Positions 1 through 10,662 are shown, counted from the first letter of the stretch. The stretch: DNA of 64,000 nucleotides from Acidobacteriota bacterium (GCA_965263035.1 OZ253580.1:128001-192000), one strand, 5' to 3'. Numbers and translations are program-made. Notes: generated from the sequence alone by a model not told the origin.

Positions 1-3000
1 CGACTCGGGTGGCCTGGGTGTAGTCCGCATTGACGGTCCAGGTGATCACCTGTAGCTCCGGCCCGGAGTGGCCCTGGCAGGTATAAAAGCGCCGGCTCGA
101 GGCAAAACTCGGATCGACGACGATGCCCATCAACCCCGTCTCTCCGATGGCGAACAAGTCGCTGAAATCGGCGGTGACGGTCTGGACCGTTCCGTCGGTA
201 AGCCGACTGCTCAGCACGCCTGACCGCTCGGTGAACAGCATCGTCCCGTCGGGCGCGAAGGCGATGCCCCAAGGGATGGACAGCCCGGAGACGAGGGTGT
301 CAACCTGGAGATCGAGCGGGGCGATCTCGCTGCTGCTTATCCCCTGCGCCTGCTTGCCGGAATCATGCCCGTCGTCGTAGGACACCGTGGCTCGCAGGTA
401 CATTTCCTGGTCGCCGCTGGACGGCGTGTAGCGGGCCGACGTAGCGCCGCTTATGTTCGTCCAGCCCGTGCTCCGCTCCGAAGACCTAGCCCATTGCCAG
501 GCCGCGCTGCTCACACCACCATCTGGGTCGCTCAACCTCGCCCCGATGGCAGCTCCCACCTGCGAGAAGCTGACCGTTCCGGCTTCCTCCACGTTGCGCA
601 CGCTGACGGTGATCGTCTGCCCCACCGTCAGCGCCCGCTCAGCCGCGCCGCCGGTTGCCGTCACGGCCACGATGTACTCGTTGTTCCCCGCCTCGTTCGG
701 GGGATCCGTGCTGGCGACATCCGCCGCTCTCTCGTAGTTCGGCGGGACCTTGAAGGTCAGCACGCCTGTCGTTTCGCCGATATCGAACTTCGAGGCGTCG
801 GCGCCGCCGGTGATCGCATAGGCGACCCCGTCGCCGCTGTCCGGGTCCGTGGCGGTCAGCGTGGCTGCCGCTGTCTGGTTCTCGTCCGTCTCGAAGCTCG
901 TGCCGCTGCTGAAGGACGGCGCAGTGTTGACCGACTGGCGGGTGAAGGTCAGGGTCGCGATCGGCTCGTTCGAGAACTTGCCGGTCCCCCGCAGGCTCGT
1001 GATGGTTTCCTGCGGCGAGGTCGCGGAGTTATTCAGCGAGAACTCGGTTCCCTCCTCGGTTCCGGCATCCCACGGATACAGATTCACCGTGCGCGATGCC
1101 AACCAGTCGCCTTGCGCATCGAGCAGGGACAGCCCGGAGACGCCCACGAACCAGTCCGGGCTCGGCGCCACCATCGTGAGCAGGGTGACCCGGGGATGGT
1201 CGGTGCCGAGCGTGACCATGTTGATGGTTGACGAGCCTGTCGGGCCGATATTGCCGCCGCTGCCCTGAACAACGCTGAGCGCATCCGGTTCGGCTGCCCG
1301 GACTTCATTCGCCAAGGTGCTCGTTCTGCCGAGTTCCGCCATCAACTCGACCCCCGCGCTGGCCATGCCGCCCTCTCTCAGGAAGGTCACGCCGGCGTTG
1401 TGGACACTGCCGATCAGGGTCGTGAAATGCGCTCCGGAGGGAAGGCCGTCGGAGGTGACGGTGGTGGTCCAGGTTCCCTGGAAGGTCACGCTGTAGGTGG
1501 CCGCAGACTTGACCGCGGCCACCGGATCGCTCGCCGGCGGGTTCAGCCACATATTGGGCAGCGCGGTTTCCGGCGTTTCGTTCGTCACCGACCGATTGCT
1601 CAATCCGATCGCAGCGTTGCCCGCCGCGTCCCGGATCGGATTCGTCCCCGGGCTGTAGCCCACCGTCACCGTCTCGTGATGCGCCACGACCGAGGCGAGT
1701 GTCAGCGTCACTACCCTTCCGCTCACCGAAACGTGGGTGACCGTGCGCCCATCCCCCGCGACCGTGACCGTGAAGGCGTCTGTCGCCGGCGTCGAACTCT
1801 CGTCCAGAGCTTCCCCATAGGTCAGCGTCAGCGCCACCCCGTTCACCGCCGCTGAGGCAAGAGCCGGATTGACGACGTCCACAAGGTTCGGCCTGAGGAT
1901 GAACAGGCCCTGCTCAATCACGCTGACAATCACGATTCCACTGTCAAAGAACGGATAGTTGCTCCACGTTCCGCCGCGGGTGTTCGTCGGGTCGCTGCCG
2001 GGGTTGAAGTCAAAGAAAGCTGCTTCACTTAGATTACCGTTGGCGATGTCGGTGAGATCCAAGATGCGCAATCCAGCGTAGTAGTTCGACTGGTAGGTGT
2101 ATTTGCCCTTGACGTACAGGTTGTGGTCGATCGCGGTTGTCGTGGAGTCGTGAGAACCGATGAGCGCCGGCTCGTCGAGATCGCTCACGTCCCACATGTA
2201 GGTACGGGTATTCGTGACATCGGGGTTATTCTTTTCATCCAACTCGTCGCCCAGCAAGAAGTAGGCCTGATCTTCCGTTAGCCAGCCTTGGTGGGTGTAC
2301 CTAGAACCGCTGTAACCCTTGCGGGCGAGCATCACCGGATCTGCCTTGTTCGTCACGTCGACGATCGTCAGCGTGTCCACGTTGGAGTTGAAGCAGATCT
2401 CTTTTCCCTGGTGATCGAGGTCAGGGCCATCGTAGTTCACACATTGTGCATCGTGGGTGTAGCCGTCGTCGCTGAAACAACCGGCTGAGGTCGGGCTCGT
2501 CGGAGTTTGAATGTTGATCATATGCAACCCGCCGCTGCAAGTGTTCGTACCTACCGCGTAAGCAAAGCCACTGTCTTCGTTAATCACGAGATTGTGAGCA
2601 AGCAAGAAATCAGGGTAGTGGGCGGTTTCGGAAAACGTGGCAGGGGGTGAGGCCACCGTTCTCAACTGAGTCAGGTCAAATACCTGCATGCCGCTGTTGT
2701 TTGCCTCCGTCACTATAAAGGCATGATCCGCGTATACCTTGATGTCCCGGAAGGTCGAGTTGGCGGAGCGTCGAGGAAGGTTGCCAAGATAGATCGGGTT
2801 GAGCGGGTCGCTAATGTCCACGAACGACGTGCCGTTGGTCCGGCCCATAATCGCGTACTCCTTGCCGGTCGAGGAATCCGTCCAGCCCCAGATGTCGTTA
2901 GCGCTGCCGCCGCCAATGTCGGCTAAAGCCAGAAACGACATCAGGTCGACATTACTGCAGGGGTAGGTTCCAGCCATCCCTCCGGAGCAGGTTGTGGGGT

Positions 3001-5479
3001 CGTCATCGATGATCGTGATCGTCTGCTCGGCGCCGATCGTGCCGCCCCCATGACTGGCCGTGATCAGGATCGTCTCGGCATCATCGTCGACCCTGTCTTG
3101 TACGGCTGTGACGGTGGTCGCAACCGAGCTCTGCCCCGCGGTGAGCGTGAGACTCTCCAACGCCACCGTGTAGTCCGTGCCCTTCGTCGCCGTGCCCGCA
3201 AAGGAGAGTGCGATCTCCTGATCCTCCGCGAAGGTGACGCCGTTGGTGATCTCAACCGTCACCATCGCGCTTCCACCCGCCTCTACGATCGCCGCTGGAG
3301 AAGCCGCCAGGGTCAACTCCGGGGCGGTGTTGACCAACTGGCGAGTGAAGGTCAGGGTCGCGATCGGCTCGTTCGAGAACTTGCCCATCCCCCGCAGGCT
3401 CGTGATGGTTTCCGGCGGCGAGGTCGCGGAGTTATTCAGCGAGAACTCGGTTCCCTCCTCGGTTCCGGCATCCCACGGATACAGGTTCACCGTGCGCGAT
3501 GCCAACCAGTCGCCTTGCGCATCGAGCAGGGACAGCCCGGAGACGCCCACGAACCAGTCCGGGCTCGGCGCCACCATCGTGAGCAGGGTGACCCGGGGAT
3601 GGTCGGTTGTGAGCGTGACCATGTTGATGGTTGACGAGCCTGTCGGGCCGATATTGCCGCCGCTGCTCTGAAGGACGCTGAGCGCATTCGGTGCGGCGGC
3701 CCGGATCTCACTCGCCAGGGTGCTCGTTCCGCCGAGTTCCGCCATGGACTCGACCCCCGCGCTGGCCATGCCGCCCTCTCTCAGGAAGGTCACGCCGGCG
3801 TTGTAAACACCGCCGATCAGGGTCGTGAAATGCGCTCCGGAGGGAAGGCCGTCGGAGGTGACGGTGGTGGTCCAGGTTCCCTGGAAGGTCACGCTGTAGG
3901 TGGCCGCAGACTTGACCGCGGCCACCGGATCGCTCTCCGGCGGGTTCAGCCACATATTGGGCAGCGCCGTCGTCTCCGCCGTCTTCTCCACCAGGGCACT
4001 GCGAGTCGCCTCGCCGCCCGCGACCACCGTCGCAACCTGGTACGTGTTGGTCGTGCCGGCGGTCACGTCGGTTTCGGTGAAGGTCAAAACCCTGAGGCCC
4101 CCGTCGAGGGTGTCCGAGGTGGCGCCGTCGTCGCGGGTCAGTCTGTAGGTGACGCTTGGCGGCGGGTCCCAGTGACTCACCGTCACCGGGGTCCAGGTCA
4201 GGGCCACCTGCGTCGGCCCGGCCGTCGCCGTCAGGGTCGGCCCTTCCCGAAGCTGGTAGCCGAACTCCTGCCACGTCGCGGTTCCGCTCTCATCGAAGTC
4301 CGTCTTGAGCGCCGGGTACTGGGCGTCCGTTCCGAAGTGCCAGGGATCGTCCGAGGTGCCGTCGTTGTTCAGGTCCACGTTCCAGTCCGCATAGATGCCA
4401 CTGTAGCCCGTGGGCGCCTGCAACTGTGCCGTTGTCTGACCGGTCCCGTCGCCGATTCCGTAGGTCTCCCGGCCCGCTGCAGGACTCGAGCTGATCTCGA
4501 TCCTGCGCACCGCCGGCCCCGGCGGGACCGTCAACGGCTTGGTCTCGGACTCGATCCGGAGCATCCCTCCGGAGACTGCCGCGCGCAGCGCTTCCGGTGA
4601 GGTGTGGTGGAATCCACCGGCCGCCTCCAGGATCAGAGCGACCATTGCCGCCGCTTCGGGCAGAGGCGCCGACGCCCCGCAAAAGGTCTCGAAATCCGGA
4701 TTGGCCGCGCTCACGCACGTCGCCGAGGAAAGATCAGATTTCGATCCGGCCGAATCCCCGGTTCTCGAAAAATCGTTTGGCGCCGACCGGCCTGGAAGGA
4801 ACTCTCTTTCCCAGATCCCGGCCTGATTCTGACCGCCGGCCGCAGAGACGTAGACACAACCATTGCGGACCGCCGCCTTGACCGCCTGGGCCTGGAGGCC
4901 GCCTTGACCGATCGTCGTCTGGTAATCGAAAAGATCGTCGACGATGACGTCCGCGCCCGCTTGGCAGAGCGCCTCGAGGTTGGCGGCGAACCGCGCCGGC
5001 CCACCCAGACCGGTCGCGAAGTAGAGGTCGGCCCCCGGGGCCAGGTCGTGGAGGATCGAGAGGGTCGCCGTCCCGTCGTCGCCTTCGCCCGCCTGCCCCG
5101 GCAACACCGTCACCCGGTCCCGCAGGTCCTCCGCCGCCTCACCGGCCATAACCGCGGCCACGCCGGTCGAGAGCACGCCGATCCCGACGCCCGTGCCGTC
5201 GACACTCTGACGCCGGCGTAGCGCAGCCAGTTGCTGCGATGCGCGATCCCGGGACGGACGGACCCTTCGATGCGCGATCTCGTCCTTCGGGCCCGTCCAC
5301 TCAACGGACGGGAACTCCGGCCACGGCTGCTTGATCGGCCGACTGGCCTGCTTCGGGATCCCGCCGACAACGGTCGGTGGTGGGTGCTGGGACCAGATCG
5401 GCTCCACCCACAGAGAAGTCGCCACCAACACCCCGAGGGCCCAGCACGTGTTTCCTGTCCAGCGTGGCTGCCGCATCAT
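1..5479 (-). CDS. Giant modular surface protein, 3' end outside window (>1820 aa): signal peptide, degenerate S8 subtilase-like domain, FN3-like, Spondin_N, Calx/Ig-like, choice-of-anchor B, SwmB-like, second Spondin_N, cadherin, start of a PQQ glucose/sorbosone dehydrogenase-like propeller
   Basis: ATG at 5479 (MMRQPRWTGNTCWALGVLVATSLW). The same frame reads DPSFASSRRFYTCQGH at the window edge, and the ORF track lists no closed ORF in this frame. Motifs read manually include TYSVTFQGTW..GAHFTTLIG (spondin), NDIWGWTD..KEYAIMG..HDAQCV..WSNYPFF (anchor B) and LTLTYGEALD..IRDAAGN (SwmB). Confidence 0.85.
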   Translation of the reverse strand, partial: MMRQPRWTGNTCWALGVLVATSLWVEPIWSQHPPPTVVGGIPKQASRPIKQPWPEFPSVEWTGPKDEIAHRRVRPSRDRASQQLAALRRRQSVDGTGVGIGVLSTGVAAVMAGEAAEDLRDRVTVLPGQAGEGDDGTATLSILHDLAPGADLYFATGLGGPARFAANLEALCQAGADVIVDDLFDYQTTIGQGGLQAQAVKAAVRNGCVYVSAAGGQNQAGIWEREFLPGRSAPNDFSRTGDSAGSKSDLSSATCVSAANPDFETFCGASAPLPEAAAMVALILEAAGGFHHTSPEALRAAVSGGMLRIESETKPLTVPPGPAVRRIEISSSPAAGRETYGIGDGTGQTTAQLQAPTGYSGIYADWNVDLNNDGTSDDPWHFGTDAQYPALKTDFDESGTATWQEFGYQLREGPTLTATAGPTQVALTWTPVTVSHWDPPPSVTYRLTRDDGATSDTLDGGLRVLTFTETDVTAGTTNTYQVATVVAGGEATRSALVEKTAETTALPNMWLNPPESDPVAAVKSAATYSVTFQGTWTTTVTSDGLPSGAHFTTLIGGVYNAGVTFLREGGMASAGVESMAELGGTSTLASEIRAAAPNALSVLQSSGGNIGPTGSSTINMVTLTTDHPRVTLLTMVAPSPDWFVGVSGLSLLDAQGDWLASRTVNLYPWDAGTEEGTEFSLNNSATSPPETITSLRGMGKFSNEPIATLTFTRQLVNTAPELTLAASPAAIVEAGGSAMVTVEITNGVTFAEDQEIALSFAGTATKGTDYTVALESLTLTAGQSSVATTVTAVQDRVDDDAETILITASHGGGTIGAEQTITIIDDDPTTCSGGMAGTYPCSNVDLMSFLALADIGGGSANDIWGWTDSSTGKEYAIMGRTNGTSFVDISDPLNPIYLGNLPRRSANSTFRDIKVYADHAFIVTEANNSGMQVFDLTQLRTVASPPATFSETAHYPDFLLAHNLVINEDSGFAYAVGTNTCSGGLHMINIQTPTSPTSAGCFSDDGYTHDAQCVNYDGPDLDHQGKEICFNSNVDTLTIVDVTNKADPVMLARKGYSGSRYTHQGWLTEDQAYFLLGDELDEKNNPDVTNTRTYMWDVSDLDEPALIGSHDSTTTAIDHNLYVKGKYTYQSNYYAGLRILDLTDIANGNLSEAAFFDFNPGSDPTNTRGGTWSNYPFFDSGIVIVSVIEQGLFILRPNLVDVVNPALASAAVNGVALTLTYGEALDESSTPATDAFTVTVAGDGRTVTHVSVSGRVVTLTLASVVAHHETVTVGYSPGTNPIRDAAGNAAIGLSNRSVTNETPETALPNMWLNPPASDPVAAVKSAATYSVTFQGTWTTTVTSDGLPSGAHFTTLIGSVHNAGVTFLREGGMASAGVELMAELGRTSTLANEVRAAEPDALSVVQGSGGNIGPTGSSTINMVTLGTDHPRVTLLTMVAPSPDWFVGVSGLSLLDAQGDWLASRTVNLYPWDAGTEEGTEFSLNNSATSPQETITSLRGTGKFSNEPIATLTFTRQSVNTAPSFSSGTSFETDENQTAAATLTATDPDSGDGVAYAITGGADASKFDIGETTGVLTFKVPPNYERAADVASTDPPNEAGNNEYIVAVTATGGAAERALTVGQTITVSVRNVEEAGTVSFSQVGAAIGARLSDPDGGVSSAAWQWARSSERSTGWTNISGATSARYTPSSGDQEMYLRATVSYDDGHDSGKQAQGISSSEIAPLDLQVDTLVSGLSIPWGIAFAPDGTMLFTERSGVLSSRLTDGTVQTVTADFSDLFAIGETGLMGIVVDPSFASSRRFYTCQGHSGPELQVITWTVNADYTQATRV
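921..1564 (-). repeat. Spondin-domain coding repeat (copy nearer the gene 3' end)
   Basis: Near-identical to 3324-3967, offset 2403 bp. Confidence 0.9.
3324..3967 (-). repeat. Spondin-domain coding repeat (copy nearer the gene 5' end)
   Basis: Near-identical to 921-1564. Confidence 0.9.
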
Positions 5480-5835
5480 CCTGGGGCGTCGAAGATCGGG
5501 TTCCGTGCAGTGGCTTCGGAAAGGAGCGGGAAGGGATGCCCGCTCTCATCAATGGTCTTTAGATCTCGGCTGGATCGCGTGTCCCGCGGGAACCTGCAAC
5601 TCACATGCTGAGTTCTCTGTGAAAGGTCAGGGGGCCAACGAATGGCCTCCAACACAGGATACAGAACACTCTGGCAACTTTAGAACGTTATGATGAAAAT
5701 GGAGTGATAATATGGGCTATTTTAGTGACATTAGTGTGAAATATTCCACCCGGTGGCTGGCCCAATGGGCTGCCGAGCTGGGCGTTCGGGGACGGGGAAC
5801 CGGGCCTCGCTCCGGGGTCCGAGAAGGTTGGACCA

Positions 5836-8078
5836 TTGAAGAGTTCTGAGGAATGCAGACGAGAGAACGAGGCGCTGCGGGACCGTGTCTCCAGGTTGAG
5901 CTCGGCGATCCTGCGCATCAGCGAGAGCCTCGACCTCGGCACCGTCCTGCGCGAGGTCGTGGACGGCGCCCGCGCGTTGACCGGCGCCCGTTTCGGCGGG
6001 GTGACGACCCTCTCCGATTCGGGACAGGTCCAGGAATTCGTCACCTCCGGCATCACTGCGGCCGAGCACCAGCGGGTGGCCGACTGGCCCGACGGACTGC
6101 AGATCTTCGAACACTTCCGGGATCTTCCGGGCCCACTGAGACTCGCCGACCTCCCCACCTATCTCCGGTCGCTCGGCCATTCCCCGGACCGGTTTCCGTC
6201 GAAGACCTTCCAGTGCACACCGCTGCGTCACCGGGGCGTGCATGTCGGCCACTTCTTTCTCGGCGAGAAGGAAGGCGGACAAGAGTTCACGAGCGAGGAT
6301 GAAGAGATCCTGGTGCTGTTCGGGGCTCAGGCAGCCACGGCCATGGCCAACGCCCGCACCTACCGGGATGAGCAGCGGGCCCGGGCCGAGCTGGAGGCCC
6401 TGGTCGACACCTCGCCGGTGGGGGTCGTCGTCTTCGATGCCCGGACCGGAAAACCAGTGTCTCTCAATCGGGAGGGAAAGCGGATTGTCGGAGGCCTGGG
6501 TCAGCCGGACCGCTCTCCGGAGCAACTGCTGGAGGTGATCACGCTCCGGCGCGCCGACGGGCGAGAGATCTCGCTGGAAGAGTTCCCCCTGGCGCAGGCT
6601 CCGAGTAGCGGCGAGACCTTGCGCGCGGAAGAGATCGTCCTCGAAGTCCCGGACGGCCGGAGCTTGACGACGCTGATCAACGCCACGCCCATCCCTTCCG
6701 AGGACGGCGCCCTCGACTCCGTGGTCGTCACCCTGCAGGACCTCGCGCCGCTGCAGGAGTTGGAGCGGATGCGGGCAGAGTTCCTGGGCCTGGTGAGCCA
6801 CGAGCTGCGGGCGCCACTGATCTCCATCAAGGGCTCGACCGCAACCGTACTGGGGGTCTCCTCGGCCCCGGACCCGGCCGAAATACACCAGATCTTCCGC
6901 ATCATCGACGAGCAGGCCGATCACATGCGCGGCTTGATCAAAGACCTGCTCGATGCGGGGCGCATCGAGACGGGCACGCTCTCGGTCGTCCCCGCGCCCA
7001 CGGAGGTCGCCAGCCTGGTGGACCAGGCCAGGAACATGTTCCTGAGTGGCGGCGGGAGGCACACCATCCCCATCGACCTGCCGCCGGACCTACCCCGGGT
7101 GATGGCCGACGGGCAGCGCATCGTCCAGGTCCTGAACAACCTCCTGTCCAACGCGGCCAGGAACGCTCCCGAGTCCTCCCCCATCCGGGTCGCCGCGGTC
7201 CGTGACGGCGTTCACGTGGCGATCTCGGTCGCGGACGAAGGCCGGGGGGTGGCTCCGGAACTGCTGCCGCACCTGTTCCGCAAGCACGCGCGGGTCGGCG
7301 GCGGTACCAGCGGGATCGGGGGATCCGGCCTGGGTCTGGCCATCTGCAAGGGACTGGTGGAGGCCCACGGCGGGCGCATCCAGGCCGAGAGCAGCGGCCC
7401 CGGTCTGGGCACCCGGTTCACCTTCACGGTTCCGGTGGCCGAAGAGGCCGGGACGAGCGCGGCCGGTTCCCACGGAGTTCGTCCCGCCCATCCCGGGAAG
7501 GGCGGGAGCGACCGCGCATCCTGGTGGTGGACGATGACCCGCAGACGCTCGGCTACGTTCGGGACGGTCTCGCCCCGGCCGGTTACTCCCCGCTGCTGAC
7601 AGGCGACCCGAAGGAGGTGCCGCGCCTGATCAAGACCAACCCGATCCGTCTGGTGCTGCCGGATCTGATGCTGCCCGGGACCGATGGAATCGAGTTGATG
7701 CAGCGCCTTCCCGAACTGGCCGAACTGCCGGTCGTCTTCATCTCCGGCTACGGCCGGGACGAGACGATCGACCGGGCCCTGGAGGCGGGGGCCGCCGGGT
7801 GACCCTGGACGGCCGTGTGGTGCTGTTGACGACCACCGAATACGAACTGCTTCGGGTTCTTTCGATCAACGCGGGACGCGATCAACGCGGGACGGGTCAT
7901 GACGTACGAATCGTTGCTGCGCCAAGTGTGGCGCCGGGAGGAATCCGGCGACTACCGGCCGGTGCGCGCCTTCGTGAAGATGCTCCGCCGCAAGCTGGGC
8001 GACGACGCGGCCCGCCCGACCTATATCTTCAACGTGCGTCAGGTCGGCTACCGCATGCCCAATCCCAGCGACCTGTGA
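5836..8078 (+). pseudogene. Hybrid GAF-PAS-HisKA-HATPase-receiver-winged helix sensor/regulator, disrupted in its 3' half
   Basis: H-box VSHELRAPL, N-box QVLNNLLSNA and G-box GSGLGL. Frameshift near 7470 before ILVVDDD. The receiver is cut before its KPF motif and jumps into OmpR-type wHTH (LTTTEYELL). A 16-bp tandem duplication lies at 7863-7894. Confidence 0.8.
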
Positions 8079-8145
8079 GCGACGTCCTTTCGGGTCGAAG
8101 AGGATTGGTTTTCACCGCAAGCTCAGGAGCCCGGATCGGTCGGCA

Positions 8146-8300
8146 TCAATTGTTCACTGCCTTCAGCTGATCCAGGTAGTCCGCCCACTCCTGCATCATC
8201 TTTTGCCGTTCCGGCAGATAGGCCGTGCGATTGTACGCCCGCCCGTTGGGGTCCCGCACCGCGTGGGCCAACTGGTGCTCGATAAAATCGGGACGAAATC
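8146..8300 (-). pseudogene. C-terminal remnant of a P4-like tyrosine integrase
   Basis: FRPDFIEHQLAHAVRDPNGRAYNRTAYLPERQKMMQEWADYLD contains the catalytic H and Y region; the 5' part is replaced by IS3. Confidence 0.8.
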
Positions 8301-8311
8301 CCCCCCCCCAC

Positions 8312-9814
8312 TGAGGTGGTCCCGGTTCTTTGGACCATCTGAGGGTCAAAATAAGGTAGGGAAAGTAGACTCCGAATGTTGAAATTGCACCCTCAAATCC
8401 ATGATACATGGCTCCGCTGAGCGACGCCCGTTTGCATGTCATCAGCACGTCAACTTGTCCGGTTTTTATGACACGTGATCTGTCCGGTCGGTGAACATTT
8501 GAACCCCCTCCTCGCGTTGCCTGGGGGCCGTCTGTGGGACTTCCGGTCAGACTTGGCCGGAAGCTTGCTTTCGGCCATGACAGCTCTTCACGCTCTGGGG
8601 AGCGTATCCGGCTCTCCGGAATCCCGACTTCACGCCGCCTCCCTCCCTTGGTGCGCTTCCCCTGGGGTCCGCCCACCCAGCGCCGAGTGAGGCCGCTCCC
8701 CGTTGTAGAACTCCATCCACTCCCCGATCACCCGCTCGGCCTCGAATCCGTCCGCGAGTTCACGCAGGTAAACCGCTTCGTACTTCAGCGACCGCCACAA
8801 CCGTTCGATGAACACGTTGTCCAGACAACGACCGCGACCGTCCATCGAGCACTGTGCCCCGGACGCCTGCACCCTCTCGGTGAACGCTCGGCTCGTGAAC
8901 TGCGCTCCCTGATCCGTGTTGAAGATCGTCGGTACCCCTGGTGAGAGCGCCCTTTCCAGAGCCTCGACACAGAACTCGCTGTCCATCGTGTTGGACAACC
9001 GCCACGACAGCACGTACCGACTGCCCCAGTCCATCACCGCCACCAAGTACAAATACCCCTTGTAGACAGGGATATACGTGATGTCAGCGCACCAGACCTG
9101 ATGGGGCTCGTCGATCTTCAGACCCCGGAGCAGGTAGGGGTAGACGCGGTGTTCCGATCGGGCCACGCTGGTTCTCGGCTTCGGGTAGATGGCCTCCAAA
9201 CCCAGGAGCCGCATCAACCGACGAATCCGGTGCCGACCGGCGAGGACCCCTTCGTGGCGCAGGTGGCCCCTCAGCTGCCGGCTGCCGTAGAACGGATACT
9301 GAAGATACAACTCGTCCATGCGGCGCCATCAGCGCCAGGTTCTCCGGGCTCTCCCCCTTAGGCGTGTAATACAGCGACGATCGACTGATCCCCAACAACC
9401 GGCACTGCTGGCGCCGGCTCAACTCCCCGTCCCGTTCCACCATCCGCAAACACTCGGAGCGACTCAGCGCCGCAACCCGCGCCGAAAAAAATCCCGCTCC
9501 ACCGTCAACTCTCCGATCTTCGCATGCAGATCCCGAATCCTCGATTCGTGATCCTTCTCGCGCTTCGAGCGCCGGCCCGCGAACACCTCCTTCAGTCCCT
9601 CCACGGCCTCACGCTTCCAGTTGCTCACCTGGCTCGGATGCACCTGGTGCTTGGCTGCAACCGCCTGAATCGTGTGGTCTCCTCGCAGCGCATCCAGCGC
9701 CACTCGCTGCTTGAACTCTGCCGTGAATCGTCTCCGTCTTGTGGCCATTCCAGACCTCCTCCAAGGCTCTGAAGTTTACCTTAACCCTTGGTCCGAAAAT
9801 GTGGGACCACTTCA
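8312..9814 (-). mobile_element. IS3-family element; orfB frameshifted
   Basis: TIRs TGAGGTGGTCCCGGTTCTTTGGACCA / TGAAGTGGTCCCACATTTTCGGACCA. orfA 9464-9748 (HTH), T7 slippery run at 9485-9491, orfB with WCADITY..DQGAQF..IERLWRSLKYE, and an extra base near 9325. Confidence 0.9.
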
Positions 9815-10392
9815 ACCTGGGGGGGATCGACTCTCGCCGACCAAGACTCGGACGCCACGAGCCGCTGGCTCGAGGGCACGCAGGAGCGTCTCGGCTTGAG
9901 GCCAAGCTGCGGAGGGGGCCAAGTCAACTGCGGCTCGCTCAGGAGAAGGAGCCGGTGTGGCTACAATGAACCCCCGGAAATCGGAGCGACTCAGGGCCGA
10001 CGAAGAGGTGGAATTAGGGGCATGTTACACGTAACGCCGATGGGGCGCTTTGACCCCGCTCCGGGGTCGGGAGCGGGGTCAAACAAGGATGCAAAACACT
10101 CAGGGGGGTGTTTTGCACGGGCGGGGGTCGCTCGCTTCTCAGTTATCCTTGCAGGAAGGCCGAAGGAAAACTACAGGAGACGAGGAGCTGGAGCCCCTCC
10201 GAGAGAGAACTCGTGACCTGGCGTGAGCGCGGGCTTTTTGTGATCCACAGTTTCTCCTTCATCGGGGGCCTCATCCTCACCCAGTCCCCCGCCGTCCGCT
10301 CAGAGCTTCGTGACGCTGCTGGGCTCGAGGCCGTTTCGATCGCCGGAGCTTGTCGGGTGAAGCCACTGGAGTGGGGGCGGAACTCGCTTGTT

Positions 10393-10662
10393 TTAGAGCC
10401 GTGACAAGAGCTGGTCGTAGGCGGAGTGAGAGCCTATCCAGAACCAGACGATCGCCTCGTCCTTCAGGACGCCCACGGCCCGATAGCCTTGGCTCACACG
10501 GACGGAGTAGATCGGATCGGTCTGGTGAACCCTCTTGAAGCGAAGACCGGGGTGACCGGGATTGTCCTGAAACAGCTGATAGGCTTGCCGGGCTTGGCTC
10601 TGAATGTCAGACGGCAACTGGGCGAAGCACTCGTGGAAGCGTCTGGTGCGGCGGGACTTCAC
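10393..10662 (-). CDS. RelE/ParE-like type II toxin
   Basis: 89 aa; F..NPGHPGLRFKRV..YSVRV..YRAVG..WFWIGSH; overlaps the stop of the upstream antitoxin. Confidence 0.8.
   Translation of the reverse strand: MKSRRTRRFHECFAQLPSDIQSQARQAYQLFQDNPGHPGLRFKRVHQTDPIYSVRVSQGYRAVGVLKDEAIVWFWIGSHSAYDQLLSRL

Noticed and set aside
921-3967. Diversity-generating retroelement TR/VR pair
   Set aside because: Both copies are in-frame domains of one gene, differences are not adenine-specific by eye, and no reverse transcriptase is in the window.
123-5693. Many plus-strand ORFs in the track
   Set aside because: They are antisense shadows of the giant minus-strand gene in GC-rich DNA.
5722-5736. TTAGTG direct repeat as an OmpR-type binding box
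   Set aside because: Only 6 bp with 9-bp spacing, too weak to support.
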